57,004 nucleotides of DNA, filler included, from Barthelona sp. PAP020 (GCA_040182905.1; 2 parts of 2 records of this genome joined end to end with filler, not necessarily neighbours in it); one strand, 5' to 3'; positions 20,982 through 31,794 are shown, counted from the whole stretch's first letter. Notes: a model not told the origin generated them from the sequence alone. Program-made: numbers and translations.

Positions 20982-23003
20982 ATGGATTCGAATGACCAAT
21001 ACATCTTATCTCTGAGAAAAATATACAAAAGTGCTGACGCTGAACATTATATCCATCAAATTCTGGAGGATTTTGAAAAAGATGATGAAACTCGTGAAAA
21101 TATTATTGTATCATTGAAAGCATACTTAGATAATTCCAAATCATTTTTTTCTAACAAACATTTAATATTATTTGAGGATTTATTAACCAAATTGGATGTT
21201 TCAAAATTTCCTGAAAAAATCAAAGAACTTATCAATATTTATCCCAAATTTTTTCGTCGAGTTTTAAAGACTGCTCAAAAGAATGAGATTTTAGCTCTTG
21301 ATTCTAATCAAACCATAGCGCTGTGGTTTAATGATTTATTTTCCAAAGAAAATATGAATTTGTTTCAAAAAACTGCCGATTTTGCCTTTGAGAATTTAGC
21401 AAGTATTGAACATTATTTGCCAATGGGTACACGAGAGAAATTGAAATTGGAAGTTGCCAAAGATAAAGCTGATATATTGTGGTATTCTTTATATCGACAA
21501 AACCTTTGTGATGTTCTTATTGACGATCGAAAGGATAGTCTGGATGAATATTTACGTTACTCATGTTCAATGAGATATGGAGATTCACAATGGGGTCATG
21601 AGGAAAAACTGGCAGAGTTTAGGAAGTTTAACTTAATCGAAAATGATGAAAAACTAGTTGATTTGCCTGTTATTAATAATAATTTGAAATGGTTGACTGT
21701 TGTGATTGATTTGAATTCGATAATATATAGTAGACCAATAGAACCTGGAAAAACTGATGAAGAGGAATTGAATACTGAGACTCAATCTTCTGAAAGTACA
21801 GTTGTTTCCTTGAATGAAGCTTTCAAAAGATTTGATATTCTTGCAAAGAAGCTAAATCATTTGTTCTGTGGTAATTCATTACGAAATAAAAACACTCCTA
21901 CCTTTAATACAGCATTCACCTTTGATAAGAGTAGATCGGAGGATAAACCTTGTTACAATGATTACTACCACCTCAATGAAATGCAGTTTTTGGATGGATA
22001 TGTTGAATCGAAGCAAAATCCAAAGCAAGAATGGGAAAAGAGGAATCAAATCCAAAGAAATTTCTTCAACAAATTGGGCTACATATACAAACATCAACCG
22101 TTAAATTTAGCAATTTATAACTTTGAATCTCGTAATCGCCAACGTAGAGGACAACCAAAGGCTGGATTGTTTCCCCATGACACGTTTCACACTGATGCAA
22201 TCAACACAGCATGGAGTCAACGTTCTTATTATCATGATTTAAAAAGAACAATTAGATTCTTAAAAGAAAATGGTGCTAGAGTCGTTGTAGCTAGCAAAAA
22301 GTCGTTGTATGAAACGTTGTGTGATTTAATGATTTTTGGTTGGGCGGACAGTATTGAAATTGACGATATTTTCACTTTAAAACAAAACGTGAGTGATAAA
22401 ATTATCAAAAAGGTTCGTTCTGGAACTTATGGTATATTTTGTGAAGGACAAATTTGGTTTAGCGGCAACCCACGGATGTTGAGTGAATTCCAGAAGATTT
22501 TTTCAGGTGACTATCCTCAAGAATTCTTTGACATCTCTGATTTACATATTTTTAAGGAATACCTTCAATTATTCCTATACAATAATCCAAAAATTCTTGA
22601 AAATGCGGATAAACCAAGGACAGAAGATTATAATTCTTACGAACAACAAAATATCAATTATGATCAACAGCCAATGAGTATATACAATCATCCTCCTCCT
22701 GTACATGCTCCTCCTCCAAGTGATATGTATGGTAACCCTTATGCACCTCCTATGTATACACCTGGGCCAGGACCAAGAGACATGTATGGTAATCCTTATG
22801 GTCCAGTTCCAGGACCAAATCCTCATACAATGTATCCTGGGCCAAGTGGTTATCCAAGTCATGGAATGCCCCCTCAATATTCATATCCTTCTCAAAGACA
22901 TGATGAATATTATCAAAGACAAAGATATCCCCCTAAAAAAGCCCCAGAATTGTATAATAACAACTGGAAGTACGATAATTATAGAAGAAAGAAAAACTAT
23001 TAA
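20982..23003 (+). CDS. Hypothetical protein with degenerate HAD-like motifs and a Pro/Tyr/Gly-rich tail
   Basis: 673 aa. LTVVIDLNSII and YHDLKRTIRFLKENGARVVVASKK resemble HAD motifs I and II; the tail has DMYGNPY twice. Confidence 0.55.
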   Translation: MDSNDQYILSLRKIYKSADAEHYIHQILEDFEKDDETRENIIVSLKAYLDNSKSFFSNKHLILFEDLLTKLDVSKFPEKIKELINIYPKFFRRVLKTAQKNEILALDSNQTIALWFNDLFSKENMNLFQKTADFAFENLASIEHYLPMGTREKLKLEVAKDKADILWYSLYRQNLCDVLIDDRKDSLDEYLRYSCSMRYGDSQWGHEEKLAEFRKFNLIENDEKLVDLPVINNNLKWLTVVIDLNSIIYSRPIEPGKTDEEELNTETQSSESTVVSLNEAFKRFDILAKKLNHLFCGNSLRNKNTPTFNTAFTFDKSRSEDKPCYNDYYHLNEMQFLDGYVESKQNPKQEWEKRNQIQRNFFNKLGYIYKHQPLNLAIYNFESRNRQRRGQPKAGLFPHDTFHTDAINTAWSQRSYYHDLKRTIRFLKENGARVVVASKKSLYETLCDLMIFGWADSIEIDDIFTLKQNVSDKIIKKVRSGTYGIFCEGQIWFSGNPRMLSEFQKIFSGDYPQEFFDISDLHIFKEYLQLFLYNNPKILENADKPRTEDYNSYEQQNINYDQQPMSIYNHPPPVHAPPPSDMYGNPYAPPMYTPGPGPRDMYGNPYGPVPGPNPHTMYPGPSGYPSHGMPPQYSYPSQRHDEYYQRQRYPPKKAPELYNNNWKYDNYRRKKNY

Positions 23004-23339
23004 AATTGATAACTTTTAAATAATTTTGAAATCTTAAATACTGTTTGGTTAGTGTGTTATAGTGGAAGTTAATCCATAAATAAATAGAAATAGTCTTGTA
23101 AATATTTTTAAAATATTTCTTTTTGTTTTTTTCAATAGCTTTTTAAAATGATCCATTAAATGGTTGTTTAAAATTAATAAAAACCAAAAAATCCTAGTTT
23201 ATATACTATTTCAAGACAAATAATAAAAATAAGTGGAGAAAGAAAAGAAAAAATTCAAAACAAATCCAATAAGTGAAAGAACTTTTTCTTTAGAAATACA
23301 TTCAATCTTGTGAAAATATTGAATAATTATTAACAATTT

Positions 23340-25193
23340 ATGTCTAACAAACGATTAACCACTTTAAAACAACTTTCAAGAGCAGTTGGAGAAAACGATA
23401 TGGTTGCAAAAAATACTTGGCTATTACCAATACCAGAACCAAAATTTTCCGAATTTCAAAGTCCTCCGGCTTCTGATAAAAAAAAAACTAAAAAAGCCAC
23501 CATTTTTGATATTGTCAAATCACCTTCAAGAAAACATAAATCACCATTACAAACTCCAAATACTCATTCATTACGTTCTCCCCTCACCAATGAACAGATG
23601 CGAAAAATTCCATCTAGTTCCCCAAAAAAACAGAACGATAATGAAGAATCAAAGGCTTATTTACCACTATTAACAAAGCCAAAACCAAAAAATCTCAAAA
23701 GAAATGCACCAACCCCTGAAATTAGTTATAAACAACCAAACAATCCAGTGATTGAAGATTCAGTAATTGCTGATGATTTCATTATAAACCCTTCACCACC
23801 AAAAGGAAAATTTAATAATGACCTTCAAAACGTTACATATATTGCAGATTCAATCAGGATTGATGATTCTATTGAAAATACTTCATCAAATCTTGTTAAT
23901 AATAAGGTAAGTAAGATTAAAACACCTACACAAATTGATATTGAAACTCAATCGACAGATTGGGTGTTACGAAGTCTTTCACCTGTTTCTAAAATGCTAA
24001 TTGATTCTGCTGCTGAAGCTTCAAACAAAACTGCAGAACGTATCTTGAATCAACAGATCTTATCGTGTGGATTAGGAATATCAAAGACTACTGAACAAGC
24101 TTTAACTGTAAGAAATGTACAAAGAGAGAATAATGACAATTTTGCTGAAGATTCAGAAGATGAAACAAGAGATTTACACAGTTTTAAGACTAATAATGAC
24201 AAAAGTTTGGAATTTTTTAATGAATATTTTGAAAAGTTATCTGACATTGAAAAAATTGTAACTGACATCATTGAACATTCAAACAATGATGAAAGTTTTG
24301 AAATTAATAAAGTACAAAGGTTACAAACAATTGTTGAATGGTTACATTCAAATAAAGCTTTGAACGCTTTTAAAAATTGTATTGATGAGCAAAGAGATAT
24401 TTATGATGAGAAGATAGATGATTTAAAGAAGAAATTTGATGAAGTAAGTATCAATGAGAAAGAAGAGGATTTAAAACATGCTGAATATGTAGAAACGATT
24501 GAAACTAGCAAAGATAAGATATTTGCCAGTAAAAATTCTTTAGAACAGACACAAATCAAGTTAGAAGCAGAAAATTTGGCTTTAAAAGATCAAATTGACA
24601 AATTAAACCATGAATTCACAGAAATATTAAATGTTCAAAGAGATCTAACCAAGAGGTTTAATCAGCAAAAGGAAGAACTTTTACGAAGCCAAGTCTTGAA
24701 TTCAGATGAAACCATTTTAAAGCAACAACTTAAAGACTTTGAAGATGAAATTCAACTTCTCAACCAAAAATTGGAAAGTCGTTCTGGTGATTATGGTTAC
24801 AACGAAAACATTGTCTCTAATGAAGATGACAACATTCAGATTCAAACAAATGAAGAAGATTCAAAGAGAGCTTTGAAATTAGCCTTGGATGATCTGTCAA
24901 ATACCAAAAATGAAAATCAAATTCTGAAAGAAAAAATTGAAAATTTTGAAAATTTGTTGAGCATTTCAATTGATGAACAAGATGAATCTGTACTTTCTTC
25001 TTCAGAATTGGAACCAAATGATCATGAAAATAGTGAGTCATTTGAAACAGATTTCATTTTTAATGAATTGAAAAAAGTCGTTATCAAAGAAAAAAGATTA
25101 TCAATGGAGAATAAAAAATTGAAAAAAGAAAACGCCCAATGGAAGTTGAAAATCAAAAGGCAGTCAATCGGATCGTTGGACTCAGAAAATTAA
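23340..25193 (+). CDS. Hypothetical coiled-coil protein with a disordered S/P/K-rich N-terminus
   Basis: 617-aa ORF with many SP/TP sites followed by heptad-rich helices. Confidence 0.65.
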   Translation: MSNKRLTTLKQLSRAVGENDMVAKNTWLLPIPEPKFSEFQSPPASDKKKTKKATIFDIVKSPSRKHKSPLQTPNTHSLRSPLTNEQMRKIPSSSPKKQNDNEESKAYLPLLTKPKPKNLKRNAPTPEISYKQPNNPVIEDSVIADDFIINPSPPKGKFNNDLQNVTYIADSIRIDDSIENTSSNLVNNKVSKIKTPTQIDIETQSTDWVLRSLSPVSKMLIDSAAEASNKTAERILNQQILSCGLGISKTTEQALTVRNVQRENNDNFAEDSEDETRDLHSFKTNNDKSLEFFNEYFEKLSDIEKIVTDIIEHSNNDESFEINKVQRLQTIVEWLHSNKALNAFKNCIDEQRDIYDEKIDDLKKKFDEVSINEKEEDLKHAEYVETIETSKDKIFASKNSLEQTQIKLEAENLALKDQIDKLNHEFTEILNVQRDLTKRFNQQKEELLRSQVLNSDETILKQQLKDFEDEIQLLNQKLESRSGDYGYNENIVSNEDDNIQIQTNEEDSKRALKLALDDLSNTKNENQILKEKIENFENLLSISIDEQDESVLSSSELEPNDHENSESFETDFIFNELKKVVIKEKRLSMENKKLKKENAQWKLKIKRQSIGSLDSEN

Positions 25194-25405
25194 ACTTTGA
25201 GAAAATGCAGCAAACCAAAATTGTAAACATATTTTTTTATGCCTTTTTTTTTGTAAACAACAGAATAGAGTTATCAATCGTTGATAAAATTTCACAGAAA
25301 ATAATTGCCCTTTTTTATCACTTTCTGAATGACATTTAACAAAAAAACAAAAAAAAAAAAAAAAAAAAATTCTCCAAACACACTATTTACACAATAAAAA
25401 AACTT

Positions 25406-25867
25406 CTAAATACCAACTGCAGGTTGAGTATTCGCTCCATTAACATACACAGGTGTAAAATCGGAAATCTTGGTTTCACCAGATCCAAACGCAACTAAAA
25501 TATTAAGAGCTGCGCAAACAGTAACAATAATGGCAGTGATAGAACCTAAATATGGATTCTCAGGACAGTTCAAGGGAAATAACGAAGGTGCCAAATAGAG
25601 TAATAAAAGGCCTCTGCCAAACTCACTTTTTATGAAACCGAATGCCTTGTTAAAACGTTTCCAATTCAAACACGACAAAAATGCCAATAAAGAAATCAAA
25701 AATATCTGAAATAAATAATATATTCCCTGCCATAAATTCCAATGTGCTAAAAATGTTCCAAAACTGAAATATAATGTGTATAATGTAACAGCGGCAATCA
25801 AAAAAGTTACAACCATTGTAAGCGTTTTAGAAATAACAAAAAGACAATTTTTCTGAGTCTCCTCCAT
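25406..25867 (-). CDS. COPI-associated / TVP15-like Golgi membrane protein
   Basis: Four hydrophobic segments and the motif FGFIKSEFGRGLLLLYL; ATG at 25867. Confidence 0.7.
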   Translation of the reverse strand: MEETQKNCLFVISKTLTMVVTFLIAAVTLYTLYFSFGTFLAHWNLWQGIYYLFQIFLISLLAFLSCLNWKRFNKAFGFIKSEFGRGLLLLYLAPSLFPLNCPENPYLGSITAIIVTVCAALNILVAFGSGETKISDFTPVYVNGANTQPAVGI

Positions 25868-26114
25868 CAATTGTAAGGAATATTTTAACTTATTCCTTTA
25901 AAAAAAATAATGGAAGTTGAGAATCAAAAAACCAAATAATTTATTACTCATCAATGGAAGAACTCAACATGTATTTTATGATTATTTAAACAAGTTATAT
26001 AAGCATTGAAAACCAATAACTGGAAATTTAACATAAAAAAACTATCGAAATTAGAATTTACAGTGTTTTATTGATACACATTTACATTAGTAATGAGATA
26101 ATACTTATTTAACA

Positions 26115-28040
26115 ATGAGACGAACTTGTCAAATATGTCAAGAAAAGAAGTTAAAACATTTGGGAGTATTAAAATTGAATTGTGGACACAAGTTTTGCAA
26201 AGATTGTTTGCGAAAATTTGTCCTCAATCATTGTTATCTTAAAGATATTCATTGCCCCTATCCAAATTGTGATAATTTAATTGATAATAGTATTGTAAAG
26301 AAAATTTTCTCAAATAATGAATTAAATACATTGGGAATTAATTATATAAAACGAAATTTGAATAAATTTAATTATATAGTTTGTAAAAATATGAATTGTT
26401 CTGGATTTGTGGATATTAAATCAAATGAACCCAGTTGTAGTAAATGTAATCAATTATATTGTAGTATTTGTGGGTTTCCTAAACATGATATGGAGATTAC
26501 ATGTGAAGAAAATGAAAAAACATTTGAAAAAAATATTTTGCAGGCAAAACCAATTGATGAAATGACAGTTAAATATTTACAAAATAATACTATAAAATGT
26601 CCAAATGGACACTATTGTTCGATAAAAGATTTGAATTCCAATCATGCAAAATGTTGCTATTGTGGCATTGAGTTTTGTGCTGTTTGTTGTGAAACATATG
26701 AAATTGGGCATTTTAATTATCACTCTAGTCATTGTCCAGTTAGTTTTTTAAAAGTATCGTTTAATTCTCGCGTAGATGATGATGATACCATTTTTATATC
26801 TCGTGAAAATATTCCCAAAAATATTAAGTTTATGTATGTGTATAACGTTCAATTGAAAGAGTGTTATTTTTGCAAATTATCCGCTCAAACAAGAGTTAAA
26901 CGATGTAATTGGTCTCCTGACCTACCATTTCCTTTGGATGGATTAGTTGTTTTTTTCAATTCTCAATTAAACGAAATTGAAAGAATTAGTTGTTATAAAG
27001 GCAAATGTCCATTCAAATGCATAGATTATTCTTCATTAAAATTTGACACTCCTGATGTGCTAAGTCAAATCAAACAAAAGGTGGTTACAATCAAAAACTA
27101 TTTGGATGGTGATGATGAATCTGAAGAGCCAGATTACATCGATACTGACAATAAAACAACACTATTTGAAATTGTGGAGAAAGGTCTATTGGGTGAATGT
27201 CGAAAGAAATGGTTGTCTCCGCAAAATAACTTCAAAAAGAATTTGATGGATTATTTTTCAGAGACGGACATGAATAGTGTAGAAGTACCTTTTTCCATTC
27301 AAGATATGATGACTAAAAGAAAGTTACTTTTTGATGAATATTTTAATAAGGCTGAAATCAATGAAAAAGAAACTAACCTTGCATTTACGGATACAAATAG
27401 AAAAATCAGCAGATCTTCATTCACCAAACCACACCATGCATCACAACCACAAAATATACAAAAAATGCGCAGTAGCCCCAAAGACCTTAGCAAAAAGTAT
27501 AAAATTCATCCAAAAATTTCAGAAATTTTGGAAAATGAACGAATGGGCCTGTCTTCAAAAGTTGCTACTAAAAAAAAGAGTGTTCCCTTTTCGGTCTCAA
27601 ACTTTCATAATCTGAAAGAGAAGAAAGACACGGATACAGTAAACTTCAAAACTCCAAAAAGACTGTTTAAACATACTCAAAATTGTTTATGCAAAGATTG
27701 CGTTCACAATCGTGCTATGTTAGGTGTTACTCCAGATGAATCATTTAAGAATCTGATGTTTAACAGTCAACACAGAGAAAAAGTACCAATTCCAAAGTAT
27801 AGGAGCAAGGAGGAATTCATTCCAGTGAATCCTTCTTCATCATCTTTACCTTTTCTTCCTGTAAGTAAAATGAAGCTAAGAACCTTAAACCCCGTTAAAA
27901 ATACAGTAAATACCAAAAATGGTGCAATTAATGGGCTAAAAATAGCTAATCCAGCTTCTTTTTTGCAAAATTTGAAAAATATTCAACCAGGTAAACTCTT
28001 AAAGAAAACAGAAACTTTTGATCACAAGTCTGAACAGTAG
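26115..28040 (+). CDS. RBR (RING1-IBR-RING2) E3 ligase-like protein with a C-terminal WH2-like motif
   Basis: RING1 CQIC..CGHKFCKDC..CP.PNC; IBR C...C..CSKC...YCSIC...H....C; RING2 CPNG...SNHAKC..CGIEFCAVC; LKKTET near the C-terminus. Confidence 0.8.
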   Translation: MRRTCQICQEKKLKHLGVLKLNCGHKFCKDCLRKFVLNHCYLKDIHCPYPNCDNLIDNSIVKKIFSNNELNTLGINYIKRNLNKFNYIVCKNMNCSGFVDIKSNEPSCSKCNQLYCSICGFPKHDMEITCEENEKTFEKNILQAKPIDEMTVKYLQNNTIKCPNGHYCSIKDLNSNHAKCCYCGIEFCAVCCETYEIGHFNYHSSHCPVSFLKVSFNSRVDDDDTIFISRENIPKNIKFMYVYNVQLKECYFCKLSAQTRVKRCNWSPDLPFPLDGLVVFFNSQLNEIERISCYKGKCPFKCIDYSSLKFDTPDVLSQIKQKVVTIKNYLDGDDESEEPDYIDTDNKTTLFEIVEKGLLGECRKKWLSPQNNFKKNLMDYFSETDMNSVEVPFSIQDMMTKRKLLFDEYFNKAEINEKETNLAFTDTNRKISRSSFTKPHHASQPQNIQKMRSSPKDLSKKYKIHPKISEILENERMGLSSKVATKKKSVPFSVSNFHNLKEKKDTDTVNFKTPKRLFKHTQNCLCKDCVHNRAMLGVTPDESFKNLMFNSQHREKVPIPKYRSKEEFIPVNPSSSSLPFLPVSKMKLRTLNPVKNTVNTKNGAINGLKIANPASFLQNLKNIQPGKLLKKTETFDHKSEQ

Positions 28041-28496
28041 TCATCCGTACTTAACCAAACTAATTGGGTTACAGTTCATCATCCTGAATAAAAACCCTAT
28101 ATCCAATCCACAGCAAATGCTTTCTTCAAATCAACATTTGTTTGTTTCAATATTTGTTATATGTTCGCTCAAAACTCTGAAATGGTTTGAAATATGAGTT
28201 TAAATCAATCAAAAGAAAAACATTAAACACTTTTTCACAGCAGAGCAATATTAAAATGGAATTTGTATGCTAAGTGTTCTTAGAAAAACGATTTGATTTT
28301 ACTTAAAGATAATGCAATGTAAATATTTTTAATGGTTTGTTGTTTTATGAATTTTTGAGCTGGTACAGCGAAATTTTCAACACCTGAACATATCCAACTC
28401 GTACAGGTTTCAATACTTGTACGGAAGTATGTAACAGTTTACATCAGAGCTCCATCAAAGTGGAAGGGAAATTTGGCAAGTCGTAAAGGAAAGAAA

Positions 28497-28596
28497 NNNN
28501 NNNNNNNNNNNNNNNNNNNNNNNNNNNNNNNNNNNNNNNNTTAATTAATTAANNNNNNNNNNNNNNNNNNNNNNNNNNNNNNNNNNNNNNNNNNNN
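28497..28596. other. Assembly gap / artificial linker
   Basis: 44 N + TTAATTAATTAA + 44 N (100 nt); the linker places stops in all six frames. Confidence 0.95.
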
Positions 28597-29183
28597 AACT
28601 TTCCAACGTTTCCACTCAATGTTTCAAGGTATTCATTCAAACTGACTTTTCTTCTGCGTTTAACAGCTTTAAGTCCAAATCTTTTCAAGAACTCTTTCGA
28701 AAAAGTTGTAGTCTTATTTATGTTGGGTTTCAAAACCTTTTTGGCCTGTGTGGTGGGTCTACACACCTTCATTAAATGTCTATGGCATTTAATCATATAT
28801 TTTTGTGCATATGTATATACATCAGATTTAGGAACATTGAACACAAAACAATTTGATAACATCAGCCTCAAATGATCAACTAAATCATACCAACAAATTA
28901 TTTCTTTTGTTTCAAAAATTTTCTTTTCAATTGTACTCAAATCCATGGGATATTGAATCATTTCCGCATATCCAGGATAAGATAAAACATCAACAGGTTG
29001 ACGAAATACATAAAAATCATCAAAATCTATCAATTGCTTGATAAAAGGTTGGATAATTTCTTTTAAAATTTCTTCTGTAAATTCTTCTCGTAAATGTGGA
29101 GCTTTTCCAGACAAAAATTTGTCTAATAAATTTGTATTGGTATACGTTGCCATAAGTGGTCGATTCTTGTTCTTGTCCACCAT
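28597..29183 (-). CDS. Bromodomain protein, 3' end truncated by the gap
   Basis: FRQPVD..YPGYAEMIQYPMDLSTIEKK...LMLSNCFVFN...DVY, with the acetyl-lysine-binding Asn retained. Confidence 0.85.
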
Positions 29184-29653
29184 GTAAAAAAAAAAATCGA
29201 TACCAACTTTTTATTTGTTCATTCTTTAATTTGCTTCATTTTCAAATTTGATAAAGATAATTAAATTGAAAATATGAAATATAAAATGTTTGTTTGCAAA
29301 AAATTGATGAATTAACTTCAGTTCAAGTTTAGTAGAGGAAAGGTATTTGTCCTTTAAAAATCCAGAAAAATAAAAATAATAGTGATTATTTTGAAAATAG
29401 AAAGATAAAAATAAATTATTATATGGTTTTAATAAAAGAAAAAGGAACAAAGAATTGCTCAAAAATTATATAAATTAAATAAATTAAATAAATTAAAAAA
29501 AAATTATTTTATACCAAAGTTAATAAAAATAGATAAAGCAACATGAAAATACCTCTTATTGTTTTACAGTTTTCATTTTCAACTGTAATTTATGTGGAAG
29601 TTCATGCTCAATGAACGGAATTTATTGCAGATACAAAGAGGTCATCAAATATC

Positions 29654-29803
29654 ACTTCCTTTATTTTGTTGTTTCTTGACCATCTTTAGGTCCAATTTTT
29701 TAAGTTACTTGGGCATCTGAATCCACGTGAGTTTTCCCCAAACCTTAAGCTAACTCGTTTCGTTGTTCACTGAACAACTCATACCTCATAAATATCTAAT
29801 AAT
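29654..29803 (-). repeat. Dispersed ~150-bp non-coding repeat, copy 2 (inverted relative to 379-527)
   Basis: Its reverse complement matches 379-527 over the whole length with scattered substitutions. Confidence 0.9.
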
Positions 29804-30274
29804 AATAAAAAAAGATCTCCATTAAAATTTTCAATTTCACCTAGAAAATTTAAGGAATCAAACCATTCATATTATTCTGAAGATTCACTGTTTAGAAGTG
29901 GATTTTCTCTTTCACTTACTAATTGACCTGAAGATACTGAAAAAGACACTGCAATTTTATTAACTGTAATTTAACAACGTTTAAGATTTTTCTTTTCAAA
30001 ATAGATTTATTTTTTTTATGCCAACCCTTTTGAAAACGTTGCAGAAAAACAAAAAAAAAAAAAATGGCCAAAAACAACTTTCCTCTTTTGTTCAGAGAAT
30101 TATCCAGCAAACAATGTAATCAATCTTATAGTATCCATTTAGAACTGATATTATGCATTAACCTCTTTACAACAGCTGTTTTTATGTTTTTAATTGACCT
30201 GCGAACTTTTATCATACTGTAAAAAGACTTCATAATTTTAGTTAGTAATATCAACAACATGATAACTTCATTAA

Positions 30275-31576
30275 ATGTATTTGGAAGAGTTTGTCAATGA
30301 ATGTTTGAATGAAACATTGATTGAACCAGATTTTGAAGCAAACTTTCGTCTTATTCAGCATATCAAAATTAACGAAAGTGCAGGTTTAGTGCAAAATCTC
30401 ACTCAACTATTAGATAGAAAGTTAAAATCTACAAATATGCATGTAATTAATCTAACAATTCATTTATTAGACAATATTCTGCTCAATTCTTCTCCAATTG
30501 TCATTGGTTCTTTGGGACATCCTCTATTTGTGGAAAATTTAGCAAATCTATTCTTGAAAAGTGGGGGAATTCCTTCATATGTGAAAGAAAATATTTCACA
30601 GAAAATAAGCAATTGGAATCAATATTTTCAGGATGACAAACATCTGTACTTTGGACAGTTGTACAATAATTTGGTCGAACAAGGATATCATTTACCGTTC
30701 CCCTCACCATCATACAATAAGAGGGAAAAAATTATGGAAGAGCTTGGAAATCATGAATTTAATGTACAAGTTGAGTTGGTTGAAAGTGCAGAAAAAGACA
30801 ATGTTCCTTTGACGGTTACAAAAGAAGAATTGGGGAATATGTTAGGCGTAGGCAATAGATTAATTACTGATAATGTATCAAATCTGAATTCTAACAGTAA
30901 TATTAGCTATTTTAAGGATGGTCAAATTCTTTTTAACGAAAATGAACATTTTTTGAAATCCTATTTGAACAACCTATTTGTTTGTGTAAAAAAGATGCAA
31001 AATATTCAATATTTGTCAGATCAAAATGAAGGAATTAAATTACTATCTGAGGCTTCAGAAATATACAGGAGAAGCATCGTTATGTTTGAAAAAGATCTAG
31101 ACGAAAATCAAAATAATACGCTTTTGGCAATATTAAGTCTTTGTTCCTATGTGCAAGAATACCTTCCCAGAAAATTAAAAGGAAACTCTATTCCTTTGTG
31201 GGAATTTGAAATTGAAATGAATAAAACAACAGAGAGTCCAATTATTCGTTTTTCACCTCCCATTGTAAATAATAATTTGAATATTCCATCCCCTTCAGTT
31301 ATTTCTAACTGTGTTTCTAATTCAAAATTGGAAGGTATGGCATTGGTTTTGGAAAGCTCAAGAGCACCAGTTCCTGTTCATGAAAATCCAAATAATATTG
31401 ATTTATTAAACATACAAAACACACAAAATTCAAATGAAAGTCAAGCAAACAACCAAATTCATCATATTTTTGATGAAATTGATGAATTGTATGCACAAAG
31501 AAGTTTTGAAATGGTAAACGGAACATTCTCAAATGAACCAAGTCAGTTTGAGGATTTTCAATTGCCAAAATTTTGA
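30275..31576 (+). CDS. VHS domain protein (TOM1/GGA-like), possibly with a GAT-like helical region
   Basis: N-terminal EPDFEANFRLIQHIK..LDRKLKSTNMHVINLTIHLLDNILLNS..ISNWNQYF..LYNNLVEQGYHLP follows the VHS helix pattern. Confidence 0.75.
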   Translation: MYLEEFVNECLNETLIEPDFEANFRLIQHIKINESAGLVQNLTQLLDRKLKSTNMHVINLTIHLLDNILLNSSPIVIGSLGHPLFVENLANLFLKSGGIPSYVKENISQKISNWNQYFQDDKHLYFGQLYNNLVEQGYHLPFPSPSYNKREKIMEELGNHEFNVQVELVESAEKDNVPLTVTKEELGNMLGVGNRLITDNVSNLNSNSNISYFKDGQILFNENEHFLKSYLNNLFVCVKKMQNIQYLSDQNEGIKLLSEASEIYRRSIVMFEKDLDENQNNTLLAILSLCSYVQEYLPRKLKGNSIPLWEFEIEMNKTTESPIIRFSPPIVNNNLNIPSPSVISNCVSNSKLEGMALVLESSRAPVPVHENPNNIDLLNIQNTQNSNESQANNQIHHIFDEIDELYAQRSFEMVNGTFSNEPSQFEDFQLPKF

Positions 31577-31733
31577 TACCCAATAAATTTTTTAATATTT
31601 ACATTCTCTTATTTTTTTGCAATTTTGACGGTGATTTCAACTTGTTTTTATTATTGCAAAAAAATTGTATGTTTCAATATTGAAATATCAACTATCTATC
31701 ACTTTTTCAAAGTATTTTAATTGAAAAATTTTC

Positions 31734-31794
31734 ATGATGAGATTATTCGCCGCCCCAGTCTGAGAACTGATGACAGGCTAGTTTTTACTTCTGA
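31734..31794 (+). ncRNA. Box C/D snoRNA, snR67/SNORD31-like (predicted guide for LSU P-loop Gm)
   Basis: Box C ATGATGA (31734), D' CTGA (31760), C' TGATGA (31768) and D CTGA (31791), followed by a T-run. The D' guide GCCGCCCCAG is complementary to LSU CUGGGGCGGC. Confidence 0.88.

Noticed and set aside
28541..28552. Palindromic TTAATTAATTAA flanked by N runs
   Set aside because: A symmetric 44N-12-44N linker with stops in all frames is a scaffolding artefact. Adjacency across it is unproven.
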